From NCBI GenBank assembly GCA_965277265.1, contig CBDICF010000002.1:274449-338448 (forward strand): a stretch of 64,000 nucleotides of DNA, written 5' to 3'. The notes beneath the pieces were generated by a model that was given only the letters and a program-made list of their open reading frames with translations, did no database searches and was not told where the DNA came from. Numbering within the stretch: position 1 is the first letter of the stretch; every line of letters starts with the position of its first letter. The DNA is from Edaphobacter sp. (GTDB taxonomy: Bacteria; Acidobacteriota; Terriglobia; Terriglobales; Acidobacteriaceae). A program made the position numbers and the translations under genes. Below are positions 47,713 through 56,694 of the stretch, in pieces.

Positions 47713-49605
47713 ATGGCCGACTACATCTATCTGCTAGAGAACCGACTTTCGAAAGCACAGCAGTCCTCGTTGAAAACGGTACGGGATGTCGCACGTTCCA
47801 AAGGACTTACCGTATTCCTGGTAGGCGGTGCGGTGCGTGATCTGACCAGCGGCTCGCCGGTTCGTGATCTTGATCTGGTGGTTCAAGGAAATGCTCTCAA
47901 GATAAAGAAAGATATAGAGAAAGCCGGCGGATTCGTAACCGGGGAGTCGGAGGCAGGACAGGCACTTTTTGTTCGGTTCCCGGGTGGCGTTCGGATGGAG
48001 ATTGGAAGCACTCTGTCGGTTACATATCCCAAGCCGGGGAAGCCGGTGGTGAAACCTGCGACGATCCTGGAGGATCTGCGACGGCGGGACTTTACGGCGA
48101 ACGCCATGGCGCTGTCTCTGAACGACGGCTCCTATGGATTATTGATGGATCCCCTGAACGGGGTAGCGGACATTGAAAATCGCGAGCTGCGGCTGGTGAG
48201 CAACTACGGATTTATCGAAGATCCGGTTCGGATGATCCGGGCGGCGCGCTATATGGCGCGGCTGGGGTGGCATATGGATGAGAAGACCCTGGCGAGATAT
48301 GAGACAGGAAAGTCCGAAGGGTACATCTCGGCGATGGGGGAGTTCCACCGCGGATACGAGACGGAGGAAATCTTCCACGAAGAAGACCCTTTGCGGGTGC
48401 TGAGGCGGCTGGAGGCAGAGGGATGGATGAAGCAGCTGTTTCCGGCGCTGTCGGCAGCAAAGGCGAACGTGCCGGAGCTGGAGCGGCTGCGGGAGAGCCA
48501 GACACAGCTGCAGATGCAAGGCATCCATCCTGAAGCGGCGGTGGCGAACTTCCCTCTGCTGACCGCTAAGATGACGCCCGCGGAGATTACTGCTCTGAAG
48601 CAGGGGTTCGCTAGACAGGGGTTTGTGACGGAGATTGAAGCGTTGGAGGGTGAGGCAAAGGAGTTTGCAGCGCAGTTTTCCGCCAGGACCGCGGCGTCAC
48701 CATCGCAGGCCTGGAAGCTGCTGCACTCGGCCAAGCCGGAGGCTGTCCTCTGGGTGGCTCATACCAGCAAGAACGCGGCAGTCCAGACGAAGTTCAAGGC
48801 CTTCTACACGGAGTGGCCGCAGGCAAGACAGCGGCTGCCCTATGCACTGATGCAGGAGATGCGGATCGTTCCCGAGCTGCCTGAGTACGATGAGCTTCTT
48901 GACAAGCTGTTTTTCGAGTTGATGGATGGGAGGTTGGGAACTGCGGAGGAGATGAAGGCGTATCTGGAGCCGTATTCGCCGCCGGCACCCCCGCCCGCCG
49001 TACACCTGCGCCGTCCGAGAGCGCCAAAGAAGGATGCCAAGCCTGCGAAGAGCCGCAAGAAGGCAGTCGTTGCGGAGACGGTAGAGACTGGGGTGGAAGG
49101 CGTTCCTGGCGATGTCGGCGAGGCGGCTGCAACTGCTCCTGCGGCCAAGGTTGAGAAGGGCGCCCCTACGGCAAAGGCTGTTGCAGCCAAGGTCATTCCA
49201 ACAAATGCAGCGCCTCCGGCTAAGAAGGTTTCGGTGACGAACGTTCCGGCGAAGACTGCTGCGAGGAACTTACCTGCCCCGGTCAGGAAGGCGGCTGCAC
49301 CGGCAAAGACTGCCTCCAAGGCCCCGGCGAAGAAAGCTATCGCGGTAAAGAGCGGCGCGAAGAAGTTGGGCGCTGGGACTCCGGGGAAGAAGACCGCGTT
49401 GAAGGCTTCGTCTTCCACGAAACAACCGGCGGCAAAGGCAACATCAAAGAAGACCGGCGGTAAGACGAATCTGAAGAAAACTCCTGCGAAGGCGATTGCG
49501 AAGAAGGTTGCGACGAAGAGCGCTCCCGCGAAGAAGAACGCGACTCCAGCGACGAAGAGCGCGAAAAAGAAGCCTGTAAAAGCAGCGGGCAAAAAGGCGC
49601 GGTAA
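47713..49605 (+). CDS. CCA/A-adding tRNA nucleotidyltransferase-family protein with a Lys/Ala/Pro-rich C-terminal tail
   Basis: VGGAVRDL..RDLDLVV, DLRRRDFTANAMA, EDPVRMIRAAR class II motifs; last ~200 aa are low-complexity K/A/P. Confidence 0.85.
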   Translation: MADYIYLLENRLSKAQQSSLKTVRDVARSKGLTVFLVGGAVRDLTSGSPVRDLDLVVQGNALKIKKDIEKAGGFVTGESEAGQALFVRFPGGVRMEIGSTLSVTYPKPGKPVVKPATILEDLRRRDFTANAMALSLNDGSYGLLMDPLNGVADIENRELRLVSNYGFIEDPVRMIRAARYMARLGWHMDEKTLARYETGKSEGYISAMGEFHRGYETEEIFHEEDPLRVLRRLEAEGWMKQLFPALSAAKANVPELERLRESQTQLQMQGIHPEAAVANFPLLTAKMTPAEITALKQGFARQGFVTEIEALEGEAKEFAAQFSARTAASPSQAWKLLHSAKPEAVLWVAHTSKNAAVQTKFKAFYTEWPQARQRLPYALMQEMRIVPELPEYDELLDKLFFELMDGRLGTAEEMKAYLEPYSPPAPPPAVHLRRPRAPKKDAKPAKSRKKAVVAETVETGVEGVPGDVGEAAATAPAAKVEKGAPTAKAVAAKVIPTNAAPPAKKVSVTNVPAKTAARNLPAPVRKAAAPAKTASKAPAKKAIAVKSGAKKLGAGTPGKKTALKASSSTKQPAAKATSKKTGGKTNLKKTPAKAIAKKVATKSAPAKKNATPATKSAKKKPVKAAGKKAR

Positions 49606-49621
49606 TTGGGCAGTTCATCCT

Positions 49622-49840
49622 TCAGCGGTGACGTTTGAGGAGAATGAGCGAAGTGAGAAAAAGGCCCCCGGCGGTGATGACCATGAGCAGGATAGCGCGG
49701 CGGTAGGCTGCCTGGGTGGCCGGTGGCGTAGCGGCGGTGTTGTCGCGGCACTGGGTGCAGCCCTGCGCGTGAAGTTGCGGGGGCTGGAGGGTGAACAGGA
49801 CCAGGGCTAAAGGAAGGATAGCTGGTCTCAGTAAGCCCAT
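49622..49840 (-). CDS. Small CxxC membrane protein at the end of the cox operon
   Basis: Signal peptide, QGCTQCRD, C-terminal TM helix and KRHR. Confidence 0.6.
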   Translation of the reverse strand: MGLLRPAILPLALVLFTLQPPQLHAQGCTQCRDNTAATPPATQAAYRRAILLMVITAGGLFLTSLILLKRHR

Positions 49841-49895
49841 CCCGCGAAATCGGTGCATGTGGTACCCGTTCTCTGCCGTTCGTGTGCCGGCTGGT

Positions 49896-50669
49896 TCATT
49901 GGAAGAAGGCTAAAAGCGCGAAGAGAAATAGCCAGAGCAGTCCCATGGCGTGCCAATACCAGGCGGCTCCGTCGACCATGATCTGGCGAGTCTCCAGGCT
50001 GCGCGAGACGTAAAGGCCGACGAACGCGGCGAGAAGGGCGACCAGGCCGAGGATGAGATGGAAGGCGTGGACGCCGGTAATGAGATAGAAGAAATGGCTG
50101 CTCTGATTGGTGCTGAAGAAGACATGCTGGACCGCGAGTTGCCGCCAGGCGACCCACTGGCCTGCGAGGAAAAGCATGCCCAGAGCGACGGATGCCGAGA
50201 GCCAGGGCAGAGTTCGGCGGGTGATTGGCTTGCCGAGACCCAGCCACTCGTCCATGACGTCGTGTTCGCGGAACATCTGACGGCGGGCAATCTCCATGGT
50301 GACGGAGCTGAGCAGGAGTACGGCGGTGTTGAGCCAGAGGATGGGTGGGATGGCAGTGGGGAGCCACTCGTTGACGTACCGGTTGTAGGCGTCGAAGTGA
50401 CCGGAGGACTGGTTGACGAAGAAGGTGCTGACGATGGCGACGAAGAACATGAGGTCGCTCGCCAGGGCAAAGAAGATGCCCATGCGGTAGCGTCGCAGCC
50501 GCTCGTGCGGGCCTCGGCTTCCCCGGGCGCGATCGTTCCAGTTGTCGTTATCGCCGCCGCCGCCGGTGCGCTTGTCGGTGGGGGGACGCCGGCCGGAGCC
50601 GTGGTCGTGGTCTTCGACGCGACGCTTTCGGTCCTGCTCGGTTCTGCTTGGCGTGATGGTTGCTGGCAT
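49896..50669 (-). CDS. ctaE: Cytochrome c oxidase subunit III
   Basis: LASDLMFF, NTAVLLLSS, FYLITGVHAFH, YWHAMGLLW. Confidence 0.88.
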   Translation of the reverse strand: MPATITPSRTEQDRKRRVEDHDHGSGRRPPTDKRTGGGGDNDNWNDRARGSRGPHERLRRYRMGIFFALASDLMFFVAIVSTFFVNQSSGHFDAYNRYVNEWLPTAIPPILWLNTAVLLLSSVTMEIARRQMFREHDVMDEWLGLGKPITRRTLPWLSASVALGMLFLAGQWVAWRQLAVQHVFFSTNQSSHFFYLITGVHAFHLILGLVALLAAFVGLYVSRSLETRQIMVDGAAWYWHAMGLLWLFLFALLAFFQ

Positions 50670-50704
50670 GAAGGCGGCCTTTCAGCGCACGCGTTGTGGA
50701 CAGC

Positions 50705-52546
50705 TTACTCCGGTTTCAGGTCTGCGGTGTTGTTCGGAACCCACTGCGGAAGGAAAATGTCCCCGGCTGGCGTGATGCGGTAGTCGCAAGGTGCTCGATG
50801 GACGGAGATGGAATCAACCTTAATCTGATAATCGGATGCAGGATCGGGGTGCAAAGGCTCTATGGCTGCGGCTGACATTACGTTGGCCGCTGGGTGCCAT
50901 TCGAGTGTGGTGGCATACCAGGGGTTTTGCGGAGCAAGCGTTCCGCGGAACAGGCTGCGGACGAGGTTGTAGAGGAAGATGAGCTGGCAGGCTGCGAGAA
51001 AGATGGCAGCGTAGGTGATGTGAACGTTGAGGGGGAGGGTGTGGGAAAGGAGCGCGCCTGCGGGGCTGAGGGCTCCGTTTGCACCGGGGATTCCGGTGAG
51101 TTGGGCGTACTGCCGGGGTTCGCCGGCGAGGCCCGTGAGATGCATGGGGAGGAAGACCGCGTAGGCCCCGAGCAGGGTGGTCCAGAAGTGAACGCGGCCG
51201 AGTCGCTCGGACATAAGGCGTGGTGGTTGGCCGAGCGCTGAGGTGATGAGCGGGAACCAGTAGTAGGTTCCGGCGTAGAGTCCGAAGATGCCGGCCATCG
51301 CCATGATGAGGTGGAAGTGGGCGACGACGAAAAACGTATTGTTGAGGTACTCGTCGAGAATGGGCTGGGCGAGGATAGGGCCAGTCAATCCGCCGGTAAT
51401 GAAGAGGCTGACGAAGCCGAGGGCGAAGAGCATGGCGGTGGGGAAGACCGGACGTGAGCGCCAGACTGTGGCGAGCCAACTGAGGACCTTGGCGGAGGCG
51501 GGCAGGGCGATGGCCATGGTTGAGATGGAAAATACGGAGCTGGCGAAGGGGTTCAAGCCGGAGACGAACATGTGGTGTCCCCAGACGAGGATGCCAAGGA
51601 AGCCGATGAGAAGTGTCGTCGCGATCATGACGCGGTAGGCGAAGACGGGGCGGCGGCTGAAGTTGGCGAGCAGCATGGAGGTGAGTCCCATGCCGGGAAG
51701 GATGGCGATGTAGACTTCGGGGTGTCCGAAGAACCAGAAGAGGTGAAGCCAGAGAAGAGGGCTGCCGTTGCCCCCGGTGTGGATGGCGCCGTTGACGAGG
51801 TCGCCCGCGGGCAGGAAGAAGCTGGTGCCGGCGTGGCGGTCGCAGAAGAGCAGCAGGATCGCAGCCAGCAAGACCGAGAAGGCCAGAATGCTGAGCAGCG
51901 CGGCGGTGAACCAGCCCCAGACAGTAAGAGGCAGGCGTTCCCAGCTCATGCCAGGGCAGCGGTTGCGGATGATGGTGGTGAGGGTGTTGATGGAACTTGC
52001 GGTGGAGGCGATAGCGAAGAGAGCGATGCTGACGAGCCAGAGGTCCATGCCCTGGCTCTGTCCCGGCCCGGCGCTGGGAACGGCGCTGAGGGGCGGATAG
52101 GCCGTCCAGCCGGAGATGGCCGCGCCTCCGGGGACGAAGGTAGAGCCGAGCAGAGTGATCAGGGCTATAGCGGTGATCCAGAAGCTGGCGGCATTGAGGG
52201 CAGGGAAGGCCATGCGGCGCGCGCCGATCTGGGATGGAAGGATCAGGTTACCGAAGCCGGCCTGCGGTGCGGTGGTGAGGACGAAGAAGAGCATGATGGT
52301 GCCGTGAAGCGTGACCAGAGCGAGGTACTCTTCAGGCAGGATGGGACCGTGGATGGGAAGCGGCAAGTCGGGCCAGACGAGATGGATGCGCATCAGCAGC
52401 GAGAGCATGGTGCCGATCGCGACGGCGATCAGAGCGAGTGAAAGATACTGGAGACCGATGATGCGATGGTCGGTGCTGAAGAGGCGGGAAAGCAGGGCGT
52501 AGGGCTTGCGGATCGGGGTGGAAGAGCTCTTCGGCTGCGAAGTCAT
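50705..52546 (-). CDS. ctaD: Cytochrome c oxidase subunit I, A1 type, with unusual substitutions
   Basis: All six His ligands (LHG, GHPEVY, WGHHM, AHFH) and the cross-link Tyr are present; TDHRIIG, GWTAYPPL. Confidence 0.93.
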   Translation of the reverse strand: MTSQPKSSSTPIRKPYALLSRLFSTDHRIIGLQYLSLALIAVAIGTMLSLLMRIHLVWPDLPLPIHGPILPEEYLALVTLHGTIMLFFVLTTAPQAGFGNLILPSQIGARRMAFPALNAASFWITAIALITLLGSTFVPGGAAISGWTAYPPLSAVPSAGPGQSQGMDLWLVSIALFAIASTASSINTLTTIIRNRCPGMSWERLPLTVWGWFTAALLSILAFSVLLAAILLLFCDRHAGTSFFLPAGDLVNGAIHTGGNGSPLLWLHLFWFFGHPEVYIAILPGMGLTSMLLANFSRRPVFAYRVMIATTLLIGFLGILVWGHHMFVSGLNPFASSVFSISTMAIALPASAKVLSWLATVWRSRPVFPTAMLFALGFVSLFITGGLTGPILAQPILDEYLNNTFFVVAHFHLIMAMAGIFGLYAGTYYWFPLITSALGQPPRLMSERLGRVHFWTTLLGAYAVFLPMHLTGLAGEPRQYAQLTGIPGANGALSPAGALLSHTLPLNVHITYAAIFLAACQLIFLYNLVRSLFRGTLAPQNPWYATTLEWHPAANVMSAAAIEPLHPDPASDYQIKVDSISVHRAPCDYRITPAGDIFLPQWVPNNTADLKPE

Positions 52547-53316
52547 GGCGTCGCCTCCCTGCGGTGAGAGGCCAGCCAGGCGTCGAACTGCGTGGGAGAG
52601 ACGACGCGGAGGGTGGCGCTCATGCGGTAGTGGCCGAGGCCGCAGAGCTGGGTACAAAGGATCGCGTAGGTGCCGGGCGCCGTGGGTGTGAAGTGGAGAT
52701 GAACTGTCTGACCAGGGATGGCATTCTGCTTGAGGCGCATCTCGGGGACAGAGAAGCCGTGAATGACGTCCTGTGCGTGCAGGCGGAGGTCTACCTCGCG
52801 GTTGGCGGGGAGGACCAGTTGGGACGATACCTGGTCGTCCGCGGAATGGGGATCGGCGGGATCGAGGCCGAGGGAATTGCCTTCACCGGGAGCGACGAGT
52901 TGGGGGCGGGTGATGCCGAAGGTGGCGTCCGGGCCGGGGTAGCGGAAGTACCAGGCAAATTGGACGCCTGTGACCTCGACCTGTAGGGCGGCGAGGTCGG
53001 CTCCGGTGGTGCGGTTGGCGGCCCAGATGCGCTCCGCCTTGAGAGTGAGGGCGGCGAAGAGGACGGCGAGAGCGGCCAGCGGAAAATATTCAATGCGCCA
53101 GACATGGTTGAATTCCGGGCGGCGCCGGAGGGTAAGACCGATGAGCAGGATGAGGTGAGCGAGTGCGAGGAGGGCGAGCGCGATCCAGAGGTTGAGCAGG
53201 AGATGACGATCGAGCGCGGGACCATGAGCGCTGGCGTCCGCCGGAAGATTCCACCGGGCGAGGAGGATCGCAGCGGTACTGGCGAGCGAGAGCGGTGGGA
53301 TGCAGGAAAGCGTCAC
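52543..53316 (-). CDS. ctaC: Cytochrome c oxidase subunit II (CuA), without a cytochrome c extension
   Basis: Two TM helices, QFAWYFRYPG, DVIHGF, CTQLCGLGHYRM; GTG 53316 lies 6 nt downstream of TATCCT. Confidence 0.88.
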   Translation of the reverse strand: MTLSCIPPLSLASTAAILLARWNLPADASAHGPALDRHLLLNLWIALALLALAHLILLIGLTLRRRPEFNHVWRIEYFPLAALAVLFAALTLKAERIWAANRTTGADLAALQVEVTGVQFAWYFRYPGPDATFGITRPQLVAPGEGNSLGLDPADPHSADDQVSSQLVLPANREVDLRLHAQDVIHGFSVPEMRLKQNAIPGQTVHLHFTPTAPGTYAILCTQLCGLGHYRMSATLRVVSPTQFDAWLASHRREATP

Positions 53317-53556
53317 GCTACAAGGATACCGCCTGCGACTCCTGTGCTGGCGCGGCCGATTCACGCCGGAATGCGATACGAGAGCGGTTCTCCATCAGAT
53401 GTGCTCGAGCCTTCGGTCTCCATCCCGACCGACGGGAGGGCATATGTAGCGCGTCGAGCCGAGACAAGGTATACAAGTCACGAATTGACCGCCCTCAGCG
53501 CAGAAGGCCCGTCCGGCAGGACAGCTTCGCAGGGTATCTCCATCCGAAACGCGGTC

Positions 53557-54597
53557 CTAGAAGGGAAGCCGCGCGGTGAAGATGAGGTTGTGGTTGTTGG
53601 CGTGGAAGTCGTTGAGAGCGATCTGTTCGCCGATGCCGAAGGTGAGGCCGAGACCGCGATGGCCGCTCTCGGGTGGGCCGGCCTTGATGAGTGGGACGCG
53701 TCCGACGATGATGCCCGGGGTTGCGTAGGTGGTGTATTTGCCGTCGTTGCTGCCGCCCTTGAAGTAGCTGGAGTTGAACTCAAGCTCCGGCCAGAAGAAG
53801 CGGCCGAAGCCGGAGCTGGCGACGCGGTATTGAAGGGCCGTGTTCCACGCAATGGTTCGCCCCAGACCCTTGGTGTTGGAGATGGGCAATGAGCCGCCGG
53901 CGGTGGTAGTGACGTCGAAGTTCCGCCAGCCCTTGCCAAGCGCGAGGGTGGGGGTGACGACGGCGCAGCAGCTTCCGTTGCCGTTCTTGCCGGTGGGGAC
54001 AGAGGCGGCGAAGAAGGCGGTGATGATGGCGTTGCCGTGCTCTTCGTTGCGGGCGAAGATGCGGTACTTCGAGTTGATGGAAAAGTCGCCGAAGCCGTCT
54101 TTGCTCTTAGGAGCTGAGTGGTCGATGAAGGGCGGCACGTTGAGGAGGATTTCGATGTGGCGTTCGGGGATAAATTCCAGGCCTTTGCCGTTGCCGAGGT
54201 TCCAGGTGGTGTATCGCGACGGCAGAACCTGTCGGACGAGATCGGTGCGGAGCTCCTGCTCCAGGCGTGGTGTAACGAGCACCAGCGGCGTGGCCCAATG
54301 GGGCTGCTGGTTCTGGGTAGCGGTGACGCGAGCTTGATAGCGCGCAATGAAGCCGGCGAAGCCCGTGACGGTGGCGGGAGTGGGGGCGGTTGCGCCGGGT
54401 TGGGCCAAGGTAAGACTGGAGGTTTCCATCATTGCGGGTCGTGCGGCCGTCGAGAAGATAGCTGCGGCGTGCGCAGTCCCGACGGTCTGCTGCGCGGAGA
54501 GTGAAATCGGCGCAAAAAGGGTAGCGACAAGCGCGAAAGCGATCGGGGCACGCGATGCGCTTCTGGCTGGATAGGATAATGGGCTGGTGTTATTCAC
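53557..54597 (-). CDS. Putative outer-membrane beta-barrel protein of unknown function
   Basis: Signal peptide, amphipathic strands, terminal LIFTARLPF (C-terminal Phe); GTG lies 6 nt downstream of TAGTAT. Confidence 0.7.
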   Translation of the reverse strand: MNNTSPLSYPARSASRAPIAFALVATLFAPISLSAQQTVGTAHAAAIFSTAARPAMMETSSLTLAQPGATAPTPATVTGFAGFIARYQARVTATQNQQPHWATPLVLVTPRLEQELRTDLVRQVLPSRYTTWNLGNGKGLEFIPERHIEILLNVPPFIDHSAPKSKDGFGDFSINSKYRIFARNEEHGNAIITAFFAASVPTGKNGNGSCCAVVTPTLALGKGWRNFDVTTTAGGSLPISNTKGLGRTIAWNTALQYRVASSGFGRFFWPELEFNSSYFKGGSNDGKYTTYATPGIIVGRVPLIKAGPPESGHRGLGLTFGIGEQIALNDFHANNHNLIFTARLPF

Positions 54598-54598
54598 G

Positions 54599-54629
54599 AT
54601 TCGATACTAAACGATTTTATGTAACGAAT
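54599..54629. promoter_or_regulatory. Imperfect palindrome resembling a ModE-type operator
   Basis: ATTCGATACTAAA-CGATT-TTATGTAACGAAT, 10/13 arm complementarity; the right arm resembles TATATAACG. Confidence 0.45.
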
Positions 54630-54707
54630 ACCGGCAAGCGGCGTATTTTGACACGAAGGTTCTGAAGGGAGCCGGACTATACTGGCTGCGGATTCAGGAG
54701 GGGTGCT

Positions 54708-55121
54708 ATGGCGGATGTGGATGTTCTGTTGAAGCCGCGGGAGGCAGCGGCGGCCCTTGGGGTAAGCTACGCGACCGTCAAGCAGTGGATTCTGGCGGGG
54801 ACGCTGAAGACAATCAAGACACCGGGAGGCCACCACCGGGTCCCGCAGAGCGCGTTGACGCCGATGATGAAGTCGGCTCCGAAGAAGGAGAAGACAGCCT
54901 CGCGGGAGCGGTTCCGGCAGGTGAGCGGACGGAATCAACTGGTCGGACAGATTGTCGATGTGAAGATCAGCGGGCTGTTGGCGAAGGTGGTGCTCGCGGT
55001 CGGAGACCAGCGGATTACATCAATCATCACAGCGGATGCGGCGCGGGAGATGCAGCTTCGCAAGGGACAGACGGCCGGAGCTCTTATGAAGTCGACCGAG
55101 GTGATGATCGTCCGGGTCTAA
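54708..55121 (+). CDS. MerR/excisionase-type HTH plus TOBE (Mop) molybdate-binding regulator
   Basis: LLKPREAAAALGVSYATVKQW..KTPGGHHR; VSGRNQLVG..ITSIITADA..MKSTEV Mop motif. Confidence 0.85.
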   Translation: MADVDVLLKPREAAAALGVSYATVKQWILAGTLKTIKTPGGHHRVPQSALTPMMKSAPKKEKTASRERFRQVSGRNQLVGQIVDVKISGLLAKVVLAVGDQRITSIITADAAREMQLRKGQTAGALMKSTEVMIVRV

Positions 55122-55750
55122 CGCGGCTGCGGAGTTTGGCTGAAGCTGGATTGCGCGAGGATCAGGTCGAGAAAGAGCTGGTGAACGCGCGGATCGGCGC
55201 TGAGTTCGGGGTGGAAGGTGGCGGCGAGGAAATGGCCTTCCCGAACCAGGACGGGGAAGCCGTCGCGGGTGGCCAGAATCTCCACTCCCGGACCTGTGCG
55301 GGTGATGCGCGGAGCCCGGATGAAAACCATTTCTAGAGGGCCGCCGGGCAGCTCTGTGGCAGCACTGAGAATGGTGGAGTCGAGTTGACGGCCATAAGCG
55401 TTGCGCTCGATGGTGATGTCGAGTGCGGCGAGGGAGGTCTGGGCGGGGCGCTGGACGTCTTTGGCGAGGAGGATGGCGCCTGCGCAGGTGCCGAAGGTCG
55501 GTGTTTGCCGGATGAAGGTGGCGAGGGTGTCCAGAAATCCGTGACGCTCCAGGAATTTGAGCATCGTGGTGGACTCTCCGCCGGGAATGATGAGGCCGTC
55601 GACAGGAGCCGGATAGGTCAGTTCATCGGGCGTACGAATAAGCCGGCTGTGTACGCCTAGATCCCGGAGCGTTCGGACGTGAGCCTCGTATGCCCCCTGC
55701 AGGGCGAGGATGCCGATGGTGAGCGCTGCTTGTGCCGGGCGTTCGTTCAT
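55118..55750 (-). CDS. pdxT: PLP synthase glutaminase subunit
   Basis: GILALQGA, IPGGESTT, FGTCAG, RNAYGRQ, VFIRAP, TFHPEL. Confidence 0.93.
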   Translation of the reverse strand: MNERPAQAALTIGILALQGAYEAHVRTLRDLGVHSRLIRTPDELTYPAPVDGLIIPGGESTTMLKFLERHGFLDTLATFIRQTPTFGTCAGAILLAKDVQRPAQTSLAALDITIERNAYGRQLDSTILSAATELPGGPLEMVFIRAPRITRTGPGVEILATRDGFPVLVREGHFLAATFHPELSADPRVHQLFLDLILAQSSFSQTPQPR

Positions 55751-55941
55751 GCGTGTAGCCGCTCTCGCCCTGTTGCTCTGGGCAGGTCTGCACTATGCCA
55801 CAGGTCAGTGTGTCGCTGAGCTCGATCAGAGCAGCGAGGCTGAATTCGATGGAGTGTCAAGCAGCGGTGGGTCATGCGATCTCTGGAGTATAGAGGAGCG
55901 AGTGGAGACTGTGTGTGACGCACGTTGCTCACGGACGTACG

Positions 55942-56601
55942 CTAATCGCGATTCTTGAACGCGGCACTACCCGCAGGTTTTAATAGCTGGCTGAGACCCC
56001 GGATGCGCATCTCGTGTTCGAACCCGGCGTGATCGAGGTACTGAATGGCTTCCATGCCGCAGGCCAGGGCCGCGGAGATGTTCTCGGCTCGGTCGTCGAT
56101 GAAGAGAATGTTCGCAGGTGCCGTGCTGAGTCCTTCGGCGGCGTGAGCATAGATGGCGGGGTCTGGCTTGGCGAGGCGGACGGCGTGGGACCAGGTGTGG
56201 TGGTCGAAGGCTTCGATCCAGGAATGGCGGGCGCGGAGGCCGGTCTCCATGGCATCGGGCATGTTGGAAAGGATGCCGGTCGGGATTCCGGCCTGTTGCA
56301 GGCGAGCTGCCCATTCGAGCATAGGCCCGTTGAGGGTGGACCAGAAGTCGACGTCGGCGGCGACGAGGTGCTGGATCTGGGCAGGGGTGAGTAGGATTCC
56401 CGCTCCTGCGGCGACATTGGACCAGTAGGCGTTCGCTGTCAGGTGGCCGCTGTCGTACGGCTGCCGATGGGCCCAGTATTCGCGGTGGAGCAGATCTTCG
56501 CTCAGGCCTGAGAGGTTGCGCATTTCAGCCCACGCGGCGGGGTCGGGAGGCCCGGATAGGACCAGGCCGTAGTCGAACAGGACTGCTTGAATAGATGGCA
56601 T
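55942..56601 (-). CDS. HAD-family phosphatase
   Basis: FDYGLV, LSN, KPDPAIY, FIDDRAEN. Confidence 0.88.
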   Translation of the reverse strand: MPSIQAVLFDYGLVLSGPPDPAAWAEMRNLSGLSEDLLHREYWAHRQPYDSGHLTANAYWSNVAAGAGILLTPAQIQHLVAADVDFWSTLNGPMLEWAARLQQAGIPTGILSNMPDAMETGLRARHSWIEAFDHHTWSHAVRLAKPDPAIYAHAAEGLSTAPANILFIDDRAENISAALACGMEAIQYLDHAGFEHEMRIRGLSQLLKPAGSAAFKNRD

Positions 56602-56694
56602 GAGTCAATAGTGTAAGCGACGCCTCCTGTGCTCAACGAATGACATTGGGAGGTCCTTCCGCATGGAACAATAGGCGATGGTGAGCACGGACCG

